Origin: Mobula birostris
Taxonomy: Eukaryota
Assembly (NCBI RefSeq): GCF_030028105.1
Contig: NC_092387.1
Coordinates: 20,469,590-20,533,589 of the forward strand
DNA length: 64,000 bases
Direction of reading: 5' to 3'
Of this stretch, positions 24,551 to 37,555 are shown piece by piece (position 1 is the first letter of the stretch; each line of letters begins with the position of its first letter). The translations under genes and the position numbers were made by a program. Below the pieces are notes generated by a model. The model was not told where the DNA came from. It did not search any database and worked only from the letters and a program-made list of their open reading frames with translations.

Positions 24551-25272
24551 AGTAACTTTGTATTTATTGCATTTTGTTAGAAAGTGTTTAACTATACAGA
24601 TCATATTTTAAATTATTTTTCTATTTGCCACTGATGAGATATAACCTTGATTGTGATTTGCATTTTTTCACCTTTGCATTGTACACCCTGCACCCTGATG
24701 TACTGAAATCTGTCAGTCCAGTTCAGGGCAATATTCTTGGAGGTTCAGCACATGTTTGTGAAGAGATGATGGAAGAAGCTCAGCTCCTGGTAACAAACGA
24801 CCTGAAACCCTGACAACAGGTCTAATCTTTGTTGTGGCTCTGCCGTACAGAGGAGCCTGCATTATGCTGGGGTGGTGTTGCAGCATGATTTTCTGTAATA
24901 GGAAGCTGTGTATCTCTGCGTGTAACAGAAATGTGAGTTGGGAAACAGATATTTAGTGTCTATTTATTCATATAAATTCTGCAAGTGTGAGTCAAAGCTT
25001 GTATAATTAAATGTTTGTGTTGTAATTTGTGTGAACGGCTGTGACGCAGGGGCCTCCAGGGAGACTGCAGCTGGGCTGGGCCCTGAGTGTGGTGGCAGGA
25101 GGGAGGATGTGCAACTGAGGTGAAGATATAAGACAACTTCTGCTATTGGTACATTGTGACCTTTGCCCCCCCATATGACTGTGTGTGGGAGGAAGCACAA
25201 GCTGTGCCGGACAAGTGGGGCTGCAGTGTAATGACTAGGGATGTCGACTGACAACGGACAGAAGTACTAATG

Positions 25273-25474
25273 TGACCTGATTTGTAAAATCTGTGTGCAA
25301 TACTTGTTTAACGTCAACTGGACTTTGTAAATGAACTGTTCTGCTTGTGTTTTACTTAGTTGTCCAATGAAGTATTAATATGACCTGATTTGTAAAATCT
25401 CTGTGCAATGCTTCTTTAATATCATCTGGACTTTTGAAGTGTTCAGCTTGTACTTTACATAGTTGTCTAATAAA
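25273..25474 (+). repeat. Two-copy tandem duplication of about 100-108 bp ending in AATAAA
   Basis: tgacctgatttgtaaaatct.tgtgcaat at 25273 and 25381; AATAAA at 25469-25474. Confidence 0.85.
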
Positions 25475-25841
25475 GACAGGTTGTCTCCGCAGTGAAATAA
25501 GCTTCAAATTTGTTCAAACTTCACAAGGAAAGTGGGCACTCTGCAGAGGGCAGAACTCCTGATGATCACCAGCATGATTGTCATTTGGATTATGGGACCC
25601 ATCAAGCTAAATGTTACTCCCACTTTCTGTCTATGTAGTAACCTGCCCGTGTCTAACAGAGATAGAGGCAGCTTGCCACATGCGACAGAGAGCAAGAGTA
25701 CGCCATGGAGTAGGCTTTAGTGCATCAACCTCTGCATTTCCTGTATGTGACCCTATACACAAGCATGTTCACATCAATTAAACGCAGCAGCTGATCCTGG
25801 CTTACTTGCAGCCAAATGATTCAAGTAATTCAGGAACAGTT

Positions 25842-26070
25842 ACACACGAGTGATTCTGCAGATGCTGAAAATCCAGAATTACACACAAAATGCTGGAGGA
25901 ATTCAGCAGGTCAGGTGGCATCTATGGAGGGGAATAAACGGTTGAAATTTCAGGCTGAGACCCTTCATTAGCCCCGAGGAACGTTGTTAACCCTAAACAT
26001 TAACTGTTTAATCCTCCTCATGGATCTTGCCTGACCTGCTAAGTTCTGTCCAGCACTTCGTGAGTGTTAT
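25842..26070. mobile_element. Fold-back Penelope-like terminal repeat pair
   Basis: Minus copy 25842-25972 followed by degenerate plus copy 25975-26070. Confidence 0.7.
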
Positions 26071-26859
26071 TCAGGAACACTTGTCTTCTACTTTTGTGAA
26101 GTCACTGCGTAAGAACATTGAAAATTTACTTGAAACAAGTGCCCGATTCTTTTTGAGATGAACAGTTTTGTGGTGCATTACGAAACTGTTATGATCTGTG
26201 CGGTTGTTGCCTAATGAGTCAAAGTGGAAAGGCGATGCTATATACCTGACCTTCTGAGTGCGAGTATTTTGTAAATGCACTGCTGGAGGTTTCTAGCATC
26301 TGCAGAATCTCATGTTATCATGTGGGTTAGTTTTACTGATTTTAATACTTATTGGGTGAAGGAGTTTCACCATCTGCACTTCAGAATATGGAGGTAGGAT
26401 TTCTTTGGGGAAATCACCTAATCTAATCTTACTCATATAAAACTGGTTCACAGGGCCCTAGTGAAAAAATCTATGCTTTTGTTCCATTGCCTTTTGGGGC
26501 TTTGTACCTGGGAAGCAAAACCCTTTGAGGTCAGGGGAAATTCTGACTGAGTTCAATACTGTGAATAATTGCAAAGTTATGTGTGTCCCAATGTAATCCT
26601 GTGCTGATCAGGAGTTTACAAAATGTTAAAGGAGAAACAGTCAGTCAACCTCTGAGGAGCGTTGTCACCATGGAATAAAGCAGCAGTTTCAAACTGCTGT
26701 AGCTCCAAGGGTAGAAAGGATTGTGGAAGCAAGAACTTGTCACACCCTGTCTGCACTAACCTATCATTTCCTGCAAATGTAGCCAGTTCTCTGTTGTAAG
26801 TTTCTATTGAATCCGCTATGGAGAGGAAGCGTGTGACCATGAAACTACAAATAAATGAA

Positions 26860-27000
26860 CGTCCTGAAGAAGCGTCTTGGCCCAAGATGTTGACTGTCTA
26901 TTCATTTTCAGAGATGCTGCTTGACCTGCAGAGTACCTCCGGCATTTTGTGTGTGCGTGTTGCTTTGGATTTCCAGCATCTGCAGAATCTCCTGTGTTGA
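26860..27000 (+). mobile_element. Penelope-like terminal repeat fragment
   Basis: cctgaagaag..cccaagatgttgactg...gatgctgcttgacctgc...tttccagcatctgcagaa. Confidence 0.75.
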
Positions 27001-27379
27001 AAATAGATGAGTGTTGGCCAGGCCTGATTAACCATCAGATCTCTGCCTTTGGCTGACTGAGCAGCACAAACTCAGTCAGAATCTGGCAGCAACTTTGCTG
27101 CTGAAGCTTCACAGGGTGGAGGTAGAGGTAAAATTGCAAGCTGGGTGAATATTAACAGCAAGCAAGAAAAGGCCCATTGTAATTTGTCCAAGTTCAAGTT
27201 TGATGCCAAAAGTGAACATACCCAGTGTATAGATGCCATGAAAACTAGATTCTTGCTGCAGTAGCACATTACACTACAGAAATGACAAAAGTAAGTTAAC
27301 AGAATGTTGAATTAGCATTCATTATATGTATGAAGAAATCAATAACAGTAAGCATAACAACATTACTACAAGTTGAGGG

Positions 27380-28340
27380 AAATGCAGTCTAAGGTGCATA
27401 TTTAAGTTTGCTGATGACCCCACTGTTGTTGGCCTAATCAAAGGTGGTGAAAAATCAGCATCTAGGAGGGAGATTGAAAATCTGGCTGAGTGGTGCCACA
27501 ACAACAACCTCTCACTCAATGTCTGCAAGACCAGGGAGCTGATTGTGGACTTCAGGAGGAGGAAACTGGAGGTTCATGAGCTGGTCCTCACTGGGGGATC
27601 AGAGGTGGAGAATTCAGTAACTTTAAATTCTTTGGTGATAGTATTTCAGATGATCTGTCCATCAGGAAGAAAGCAAGGTAGTGTCTCCACTTTCTCAGAA
27701 GTTCATGAAGATTTGACATCGCATTTAAAACTTTGATGAACTTCTGTAGATATGCGCTGGAGAGTATATTGACGGGTTGCATCACAGCTTGGTATGAAAA
27801 TTCCATTTTCCTTAAATGGAATACCCTACGAAAAGTAATGGATGCAACCTAGTCCATCATGGGCAAAGCCCTTCCCTCTATTAAGTACATCTATATGGCG
27901 CTCTGTTGCAGGAAAGAAGCATCCATATCGAGGACCCACCACCTAGGTCATACTCTTTTCTGGCTGTTGCCATCAGGAAGAGAGTGCAGGAGCTCAGGAC
28001 CTGCACCACCAGGTTCAGGAACAGTTATTACCCCTCAACCAGCAGGCTCTTGATCAAGGAGGATAATTTGTTCAACTTCAGTCACCCTATCACTGAACTG
28101 TTGCAACAGCATATGGACTCACTTTCAAGGACTCTTCCTCTCAAGTTCTTGATATTTATTGCTTATTTATCAATTATTATTTTCTTTTGCATTTGCACAA
28201 TTTGTTGTTCATCCATCCTGTTAGGTATGGTCTTTCATTGATTCCATTGCGTCTCTTGAATTTACTGTGAATGCCTGCAAGAAAACGGGTTGTATATGGT
28301 GACTTTATGTACTTTGATAATAAATTTACTTTGAACTTTG
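27380..28340 (+). mobile_element. Rex1-like LINE RT C-terminal fragment with 3' tail
   Basis: KFADDPTVVGLIKGG..RREIENLAEWCHNNNLSLNVCKTRELIVDFRR; tttgaactttg tail. Confidence 0.85.
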
Positions 28341-28344
28341 GATT

Positions 28345-28800
28345 TGGGTTTTTCAGGTCCAGTCAAGAACCCGGTGGCAGTGGGGAAGCCGCTGCTGTTG
28401 AACCTTCTGGTGTGCATTTTCAGGTTCCAGTATCTCCTGCCTGATGGCTGCAATGAGTTGAGGGCATGGTGTGGGTGGTGGGGGTCCCTGATGATGGACA
28501 TTACCTTCCTGAGACATTGCCTCTTGGAGATGTCCCAATAATGCGGAGATCCGCACCTCTGACGGAACTGGCTGGGTCCACAACTCTCATGTTTTCCTGT
28601 GTACTTGAACTCCCATACCACATCGTGAAGCAATCAGCCCGAATGCCTTTCATTGTACATACACAGGAGTTTGTTACAGTTTGTCACAGTGATACCAAAT
28701 CTCCCGAAACTGTTCAGCTGACTTCCCTTTCAAAAGTTCAGAGTCAGTTCCTTAGTTTTGTTGATGTTGACCGTGAGGCTATTATGACCCCGCTCAACAG
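28345..28800 (-). mobile_element. Rex1-like LINE fragment
   Basis: SIIRDPHHPHHALNSLQPSGRRYWNLKMHTRRFNSS. Confidence 0.8.
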
Positions 28801-28859
28801 TGCTGTGGGAGTTACACTGGAACAAGTGCTTAGAGATGGAGAGGGAGAAGTTAGTTTCC

Positions 28860-29220
28860 ATGGCTGCCCACCCCACAACCAGTAGTTGATTCCGTTCTCC
28901 ACTTTCCTTTCCTATCAGATCCATCTTCTGAAGCCCTGTCACTCCACAGCCTGTCACTATTTCTACTTTTTCCTCCTCCATCTGCCTAAATACCCTCCTC
29001 ACCAGCATCCATCTATCAGCTTTCAGCTCCTGCTCCTCTCCTTCCCCTCACCTGTTTACACTGGCTATCTCCCCACTATCTTTCAAACCAGACGCAGGGT
29101 CTCGATCCAAAATGTCGACTGTCCATTTCCCTCCACTGAGGCTGTCTGACGCCCTCCCTTGAGCTCCTCCAGCATCTTGTCTGTCATTCCTGGTTCCAGC
29201 ATCTACTGCCGCTTCTGTCC
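28860..29220 (+). mobile_element. Penelope-like terminal repeat
   Basis: Pyrimidine-rich body then agggtctcgatccaaaatgtcgactg. Confidence 0.7.
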
Positions 29221-29649
29221 CCGCCTGTGCTCCCAGTGGCTGGAATGGGTGGATTGCTGAAGTGCAATGGGTGAGCAGTTCCCTCCATCCTGATTCCTCA
29301 CCGAGCTTCAAGTGAAAATCTGCAGAGCAGCACCACACGGGGACAGAGCGAGTCGCTGTCCTCACTCCCTCCGCTGAGCTGTCCTTTTCCCTGAAGGTCT
29401 GAGCCACAGATTGTATCGGAGAGAAACCCCTCCTCCCCAGTCGCAGTCAATAGCAACCTGATTACATCAATGCACAAAGAACATCTTGTTTGATCTTGAA
29501 GCCAGCTGGCAAAATCAACAAAGGCCTTCTGGAGCCTTTATGAAATGTTTACGAATATTTAAAGATCTAAGCTGATTTTACCTTTTATTGTCAGGTTCTT
29601 GTGCTGTATAGTAGCATGTAAGAAACAGAAGCTTGGACAAGGCAAGTGG

Positions 29650-29965
29650 CGTGAGGAATAACAATTGGCTGGAGGAACTCAGAAGGTCAAGCAAGATCTG
29701 TGGGGGGAGGGAGAAGTGGGAGGACTTATCAACGTTTCGGGTTGAAGCCCTGCCTTGGAATTGAGAGTGCAGAGGGGTAAAGAGGAGGGGAGAAGTGGTG
29801 GGTCAGGAGTCTGAAGTAGAATGGAGAGAGGAGGAGTGTAACATGACAGACAGGTTGTGCCAAGTAGGGGAGGGGAGGAGAAGGGAATGGAATTGGGAGA
29901 CAGTGGTAGGTGGAGGGAGGCAAAGAGAGAAAAAATAATTGAGTGGCAGATGGAACAAGATGGGG
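29650..29965 (-). mobile_element. Penelope-like terminal repeat (old)
   Basis: gctggaggaactcag...tcaacgtttcgggttgaagccct and purine-rich body. Confidence 0.65.
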
Positions 29966-30419
29966 GAGAGGGTAGGGAGGAATAGGTTAATGTGGATTAA
30001 TGCACGGAAGAAGGAAGCTCGTGTTTATCATATGTTTACCACCTTCGTCATTGGACATCACCAGATCTGCATCGTGGGTCAATGGGTGCTTTGTTGTTGA
30101 CGTCCCCAAGTGGTGTCAGCTGAAATGCAGTCACTTCTCGTCAGCATGACACTGCTTGTTACACAGTTCTCTTTTGACAGTTTCCCAAAAAACTGGAGGC
30201 ACAAAAGAAGGGGTAAATTAGATTCAGAAGGAAGATAATCAAAACCTGGCTACATTTATAGGAAAATTTGAAAAGGATAATGCTCTCAAAAAGAATAGAC
30301 TAAACGATAAAATGATAGAAATATTTAAGAGGAGGGGACTGATAAAATTGATGCATTATTCTAATTAGAGACCATGAATACAACTTAGTAACTAATAACA
30401 AAACTGGTCATGGTAACGA

Positions 30420-30690
30420 AACAAAGTTCCAGATTCTGACGCTTCCTTTTTTCCTTCTCTGTCTCTGTGACGCCCCTCCCCCATCTGGTTCCATCTTCCC
30501 TCTCCTGGTTCCACCTATCACCTGACAGCCTCTGCCTCACCTCTCCCTCCCACCTCCTTATTCTGGCTATCTTCCCTCCATGAGCTCTCGGTCTAATTGC
30601 CTCCACAGATGCTGCTTGAACAACTAAACATCTTTAGTATGTTTGTTATGTTTTGCTCCAGATGCCCACATCTGCAGCTTCCTGTGTCTA
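30420..30690 (+). mobile_element. Penelope-like terminal repeat (old)
   Basis: ctggttccacctatcacctg...cagatgctgcttga...catctgcag. Confidence 0.6.
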
Positions 30691-31294
30691 CGTTCTGTCT
30701 AACAGTAGTGGGCATTTTTTTCCAGACTCTGAAGCTGGACTACAGTTTAAGGGTCTCTCTGAATTGGGGTGTAGTCTTCACAGGCAGAGCTCATTGAACT
30801 CTAGAGCACATTGGGATCCCGATCCCGAATCATTGCCTTCATCCATCTGTCAAAACAAGAACAGTTTTATCTCCAGATTCTGGGCCCCACACCACACTTA
30901 CCCCTCATTGTCGCTGGCCTTCTGCCATCAGATTAATGAATGGTCAATGAACCCAAACTCGATATTTATTTACCTTACAATATATGTCTTGCAGTGTATT
31001 GCTGCCACAAAACAAGTTTTCTCGTGTTGAAGTTTTATTGCTACGTCAGTGACAATAAACCTGATTCTAATCCTCCTCATAAACTCTCATTGCATGAGCA
31101 TCACCGGTTACAACCTCCTTCTCAACAACAGCCAAGAATGACAAAATATATCAAGTTCGTTGGGAACCCCACAGCCAGAAAGTTGCTTTGACAACATTTT
31201 GGTATCATAGATGGAATTTGGACTCTTAGATCTCTGATATTTAGGTCAGTTGTTGAGAATTTTCTCATTCACAAACCTGCGGTCTATTTTAAGC

Positions 31295-31580
31295 CCATAA
31301 GATATAGAGCAGAATTAGGCCACTTGGCCCATCAAATCTGCTCTGTCATTTTAACATGGCTGATACAATTTTCCTCAGGGCCCCAGTCTCCTGCCTTCTC
31401 CCCATATCCCCACGTGTCCTGGCAAATCAAGAATCTATCAAACTCTGCATTAAATATACATGAAGACTTGGCTGCCACAGCTGCCTGTGGCAAAGAATTC
31501 CATAAATTCACCGCTCTTTGGCTAAAGAAATTCCTCCTCATCTCCATTCTAAAAGGATGCCCCTCTATTTTGAAGCTGTA
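31295..31580 (-). mobile_element. CR1-clade LINE 3' end
   Basis: MRRNFFSQRAVNLWNSLPQ..FDRFL..GYGEKAG. Confidence 0.9.
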
Positions 31581-32054
31581 TTTGAAGCGAGAGGGAGAAT
31601 CAATTTATCCAAGTGGGTTGAATTTGGAAAATTCAAACGCTAGTGTTGGTTTATCAAGGTCATTGGAAGTCTACTTAAGGATCAAGGGGGAAGAGTTTTG
31701 CGATCAGTGGTGTCAGGTGGTAAGGATGTATTGCCACTGGAATCAGAATGATGGAATAATTCCAACATGGAAGAAGGCCATTCAGCCGGCTGGGTGATTA
31801 CTGGCCACGTGGAGAGGTGATCCAGTTTGCCCCACTTCTTTCCTATTCCCATAGCCCTGCAATTTTGTTTCCCTATCAGATATCTAGTGAGCGCCCCTTG
31901 AATATTAGATCTGAATCTGCTTCTCCCATAGCTCTGTGAACTCTACATCCTGACCACTCAATGTGTACAAACACTTTTGGTACTCTTGTCAATCATCTCC
32001 AACCTCTGATCCCTAGTTCTTGACCCCCTCCACCAAAAAGGCATAGTTTTCCAC

Positions 32055-32900
32055 TTATCCTCGTAAGCGGAACAAGTGCTACACATGCCCTTACACTTCC
32101 TCCCTTATCACCATTCAGGGCCCCAGACAGTCCTTCCAGGTGAGGCAACACTTCACCTGTGAGTCGGCTGGGGTGATATACTGCATCCAGTGCTCCCGAT
32201 GTGGCCTTCTATATATTGGCGAGACCCGACGCGGACTGGGAGATCGTTTTGCTGAACACCTACGCTCTGTCCGCCAGAGAAAGCAGGATCTCCCAGTGGC
32301 CACACATTTTAATTCCACGTCCCATTCCCATTCTGATATCTCTATCCACGGCCTCCTCTACTGTAAAGATGAAGCCACACTCAGCTTGGAGGAACAACAC
32401 CTTATATTTCGTCTGGGTAGCCTCCAACCTGATGGCATGAACATTGACTTCCCTAACTTCCGCTAATGCCCCACCTCCCCCTCGTACCCCATCCGTTATT
32501 TATTTATTTATATACACACATTCTTTCTCTCTCTCTCCTTTTTCTCCCTCTGTCCCTCTCACTATACCCCTTGCCTATCCTCTGGGTTTCCCCCCCTCCC
32601 GCTTTTCCTTCTCCCTGGGTCTCCTGTCCCATGATCCTCTCATATCCCTTTTGCCAATCACCTGTCCAGCTCTTGGCTCCATCCCTCCCCCTCCTGTCTT
32701 CTCCTATCATTTTGAATCTCCCCCTCCCCCTCCCACTTCCAAATCTCTTACTAGCTCTTCCTTCAGTTAGTCCTGACGAAGGGTCTCGGCCGGAAACATC
32801 GACTGTACCTCTTCCTAGAGATGCTGCCTGGCCTGCTGCGTTCACCAGCAACTTTGATGTGTGTTGCTTGAATTTCCAGCATCTGCAGAATTCCTCGTGT
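32055..32900 (+). mobile_element. Penelope-like element 3' part: GIY-YIG endonuclease fragment and terminal repeat
   Basis: FTCESAGVIYCIQCSRCGLLYIGETRRGLGDRFAEHLRSV...VATHFN...EQHLIFRLGSLQPDGMN, open to the stop at 32466. Confidence 0.92.
32769..32804 (+). ncRNA. Minimal type I hammerhead ribozyme motif in a PLE terminal repeat
   Basis: AGUC-CUGACGA-AGGGUCUCGGCCG-GAAA-CA-UC-GACU: conserved core boxes, stem I AGUC/GACU, vestigial stem III; activity untested. Confidence 0.65.
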
Positions 32901-33639
32901 TATAGTTTTCCTCTATTGATTTGGAGCAGAGACCTGCCATGATTTTAAATCCCTCGTTAATAAATCTCTCGTGTAGCCTCTTTAAAGCTTTGCTCAGACT
33001 GAAGCAGTGAGAAATCTAAATTACTTTCACTTCTGCTTGTCTGGTGATACCTGCTCTAGTTGCCTTGCGGTAGGTCCAACAATCCAGCAGGTACAGGTCC
33101 TCCCACTGCACTTCAGAAGTAGCACAGTTAGCACTGGAATCAGCAGAACCTAGAAGGATGTGAATTAAGTGTTAGTAGGTGGGTTTTGCATGGATGAAGG
33201 TCAGTAAAGACATGTGGGCAGAAGGGCCTGTTTCTGTGCTGTATGACTTATGATTTTATGACCACTGCAATAGACTCTACCAAAGCATTATGCAGAATTT
33301 CCAAAAGATGTTATTTAGCTTAACTGTTAGGGTCCACATAAACATATGCATTAGGAGCACTGGTAGGCCACTTGGCCAATTGAGATTGCTATCCCACAGA
33401 ATATCATGCTAGACTTGGTCAGTTGTTGGCATTTTGAAATATGTTTAAATATCAGACACTTACTATGTTTAAGAGCATTGAGGCAGGGCAGAGAAGGATA
33501 TGGTCTTGGAGACATCAATCAGACGGAGAAAGTCAATGGGTCAAGTAGCAGCCGTGGGAGGAAAGGATTTATTAATGTTTTGCGTTGAAAGCCTGCATCA
33601 GCATATAGTCTTAAGGTGATTAAATGCAGTTAAATCTTA

Positions 33640-34410
33640 CTCAGCTGAGTAAGTGGGCCAAGTGATGGCAAATGGAGTTTAATTCAAAGAAGTGTACAGG
33701 TTGCATTCCAGAAAGTCAAATCAAAGTGCATGGTGGGGCCTTGGGGAGTGTTGTAAGGCAGAGGGACAGAGGAGTACAAGGCTCTATGAAAGCAGAGGCA
33801 CAGGCAGACAGAGTAATTAACAAGGCTTTTGACACACTGACTTACATCAGTCAGGGCACTGTGTATGAAAGCTGGAAGTTCATGGTGCATTTGTGCAAGA
33901 TGTTGGTAAGCCACAATTGCAACATTGTGTTCTGTTTTGGTTGCCCTGCTATAGAAAAGATGCTATTAAAGTAGAAATAGTGCAGAAAAGATGCAAAAGC
34001 ACATTGCCAGAACTTGAGGGAGCTGAGTTATAGGGAGAAGCTGGACAGATGAGGACTTCATTCTTTGGGGCCCAGAAGACTGGGAGGTGATGAAATTGAG
34101 AAGGACATAGAGAGGTGAATACATTTTTTTTCTCAAGGTTGGGCAATTGAGAACTAGAAGGCATAGGTTTGAGATTAGAGGGGAAAGATTTCATTAGAAC
34201 TTGAGGGAAAATCTTTTACACAGAAGGATGTTGTGAATTTGGAATGAGCTGCTAGAGGAGGTAGTCCAGGCAAGTACAATAAAGATCATTTAAGACAGGT
34301 GCATGGATAGGAAAGTTTTAGAAGATTATGGGCCAAGCGTAGGCAAAATGGGATATAGTTTAGACGAGCATCTTGGTCAAAGAGTCTGTTTTAGTGGTTT
34401 ATGACTCTAA
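33640..34410 (+). mobile_element. Degenerate CR1-clade LINE 3' part
   Basis: WQMEFNSKKC...DRVINKAF motifs and 3' tail. Confidence 0.8.
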
Positions 34411-34899
34411 GGCTCCCTGAATCTGACTGAAGCTGGCAATGGAATCTTTCACCCAGCATCCCCTGCCTGCAACTGCTCCTGTGGTGCTCTGACAAACTCC
34501 TTATGCAATTCAAGTGGACAGCACAATTTTCCACAGAGCCTGACCCTCAGGCTGGGAAACCTCCCTTTGAACCTGAACCTGGATGGGGGACATCGGCTCT
34601 GGGGGCAGGGGGAACATTGTGTACTCATTGTATATTCTGGCTAATGTCCTATAGTTTTAGTTCTTTCTTCATGAATGTGAAGAGCATTCCTTTTAAAATT
34701 TTAACTATTTCTGAAACCACTCACCCATTTCACTTAATGTTGTGTGAAGTGAGTAGTGTTCCCTGCCATTCTCACTGTTCATGAGTCTGGGGGTGAACCT
34801 GCACCAGCTGTTGAAACCATTGTGTGAGAGCAGCCTCTTCTATATTTTGGGCTGCACTGAAACTGCCATGATAGATTGGCCCGGTATGGGGTAGGATGT

Positions 34900-35450
34900 T
34901 AACAACAAGCTGATTGTTGACTGCAGGAAGGAGAAGGAGGGCTAACAAATGCCACTCTACATTGGGGGAATGGCAGCACAGAGAGGCAGCAGTTTCAAGT
35001 TCCTGAGAATTAGCATATTGGACAACCTGTCCTGGGCCCAGCAGATAAATGCAATCGCAAGCAATCCACACCAGCGCCCTTACTCTCGTAGAAGCTTAAG
35101 AAGGTTTGGCTTGTCACTGAACACTTTAACAACCCCTTACAGGTGTACTGTTGAAAGTATCCTGATGGTTGCACCATGGTCTGGAACAGTAATCCAAATG
35201 CACATGAGTGAATGGACGCTGTAGAGTGTACTGGACTTTGTCCAATACATCAATGACACATTGCTCCCCACCATTGTAGTATCCATAGGTGGTGCTGCTT
35301 CAAGAAGGCAACATCTATCATCAAAGATCTCCACCATCTGGGCCAAGTCATCTTCTCACAGCTCCCATCGGGCAAGGGGTGCTAAAGCCCAAAGTCCCAC
35401 AACATCAGGTTCAAGGACTTCTGTTTACCTTCAACAATTTGGTTCTTGAA
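34900..35450 (+). mobile_element. Rex1-like LINE fragment
   Basis: SSFKFLRISILDNLSWAQQI...QRPYSRRSLRRFGLS..YRCTVESIL. Confidence 0.8.
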
Positions 35451-35514
35451 GCAAGCGGCACAACCAATTGTGTCCCTTCTTGTAAAAATCAGTCTAATTT
35501 ATGCCAGACGCAAG

Positions 35515-37555
35515 CAAGAGAAAATCTGCAGATGCCGGAAATCCAAGCAGCACACACAAAATGCTGTAGAAACTCAGCAGGCCAGGCAGCATCGATGGAA
35601 AAGAGTACAGTCGACATTTTGGGCTGAGACCCTTCATCAGGACTGGAGAATAAAAGATGAGGAGTCAGAGTTAGCAGGTTGGGGGTGGAGGGGAGGAAGA
35701 AACACAAGGTGATAGGAGAAACTGGGAGGGGGGAATGGGGTGAAGTAAAGAGCTGGGAAGTTGATTGGTGAAAGGGGTACAGGTCTGGAGAAGGGGGAGT
35801 CTGATAGGAGAAGACAGAAGGCCATGGAAGAGAAAAAGGGGGAGGAGCACCAGAGGGAGGTGATGGGCAGGCAAGGAGTTAAGGTGAGAGAGGGAGAAGA
35901 GGGTGTGGAATGGGGAAGGGGGGCATTACTGGAAGTCTGAAAAATCAATGCTCATGCCATCAGGTTGGAGGCTACCCAGATGGAATATAAGATGTTGTTC
36001 CTTCAACCTTAGTGTGACTTCATCGTGGCAGTGGAGGAGGCTATAGATTGACATATCGAAACGAGAATGGGAAGTGGAATTAAAATGGGTGGCCACTGGG
36101 CAATCCTGCTTTCTCTGGCGGATGGAGCATAAGTGCTTGTTGAGGTGGTCTCCCAGCCTACCACTGATATACAGGAGGCCTCATCAGGAGCACAGGATAC
36201 AGTAGATGACCCCAACAGACTCACAGGTGAAGTGTTGCCTACACTGGTTTCATTTCCCAACTTTTCCTTCACTATATTGACGACTGCATTGGTGCTGCTT
36301 CCTGCAGCCATGTGGAGCTTGTCGACTTCACCAACTTTGCTTCCAATTTCCACCCTGTCCTCAAATTTACCAGGTCCATTTCTGATCCCTCCTTCCCCTT
36401 TCTCTGTCGCATCTGCTCTCAGGATGAGGATTTTCATTTCAGAATGAAGGAAATGTCCTCTTTCTTCAAAGTAAGAGGCTTCCCTCCTCCACCATTAACG
36501 CTATCCTCAACTGCATCTCTTCTATTTCACACACATTTGCCCTCATGCCATCTTCCTGCCACCCCACCAGGGATAGGGTTCCTCTTGTCCTCAGCTACTA
36601 CCACACCAGCCTCTGTGTCCAGCACATAACTCTCTGGAACTTCTACCATCTCCAATGGGAACTCACCACCAAGCACATCTTTTCCTCCCCCCCCCACCAC
36701 TTTCTGCTTTCCACAGGGATTGCTCCCTACGTGACTCCCTTGTCCATTCGTCCCTGCCCGCTGATCTCCCTCCTGGCACTTATTCTTGCAAGTGGAACAA
36801 GTGCTGTACCTGACCCTCCACCTCCTCCCTCACTACCGTTCAGGGCCCCAAACAGTCCTTCCAGGTGAGGCGACACTTCACCTGTGAGTCTGGTAGGGTC
36901 ATATACTGCATCTGGTGTTCTCACTGTGGCCTCACTGTGGAGACCCGATGTAGATTGGGAGACCACTTTGCTGAGCACCTACACTCCGTCCGCCAGAAAA
37001 ATCAGGATCTCCCAGTGGCCACCCATTTTAATTCCACTTCCCCATTCCCATTCTGACACATCAGTCCATGGCCTCCTCTACTGAGGCCACACTCAGGTTG
37101 GAGAAGCAGCACCTTATATTCCGTCTGGGTAGCCTCCAACCTGATGGAATGAACATCGATTTATCAAACTTCCAGTAATGCCCCCCACACCTTCACCATT
37201 CTCCATTCCCATTTCCTTCTTTCACCCTATCTCCTTACCTGCCCTTTACCTCCCTCTGGTGCTTTTCTTTCTTCCATGGCCTTCTGTCCTCTCCTATCAG
37301 ATTCCCCCCTTCTCCAGCCCTGTATCTCTTTCACAAATCGACTTCCCAGCTCTTTACTTCACCCCTTCCCCTACTCCCAGTTTCACCCATCACCTTGTGT
37401 TTCTCCCTCCCCTCCCCCCAACTTCTAACTCCGACTCCTCCGCTTTTTTTCTCCAGTGCTGTTGAAGGGTCTCAGCCCAAAGCATCTACTATACTCTTTT
37501 CTCGTAGATGCTGTCTGGCCTGCTGAGTTCCTCTAGCATTCTGCGTGTGTTGCAG
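35515..37555. mobile_element. Penelope-like element with an inverted partial copy at its 5' side
   Basis: Minus copy 35515-36245 (terminal repeat and GIY-YIG end); plus copy 36245-37555 (RT end, GIY-YIG at 36865-37175, terminal repeat). Confidence 0.88.

Noticed and set aside
29048-29407. Minus-strand 119-aa ORF with a donor-like gtgagg
   Set aside because: No recognisable protein, half lies in a PLE repeat, and no partner exons were found
32140-32466. Domesticated GIY-YIG nuclease gene
   Set aside because: 5'-truncated, followed by a PLE terminal repeat, with decayed paralogous copies in the same window
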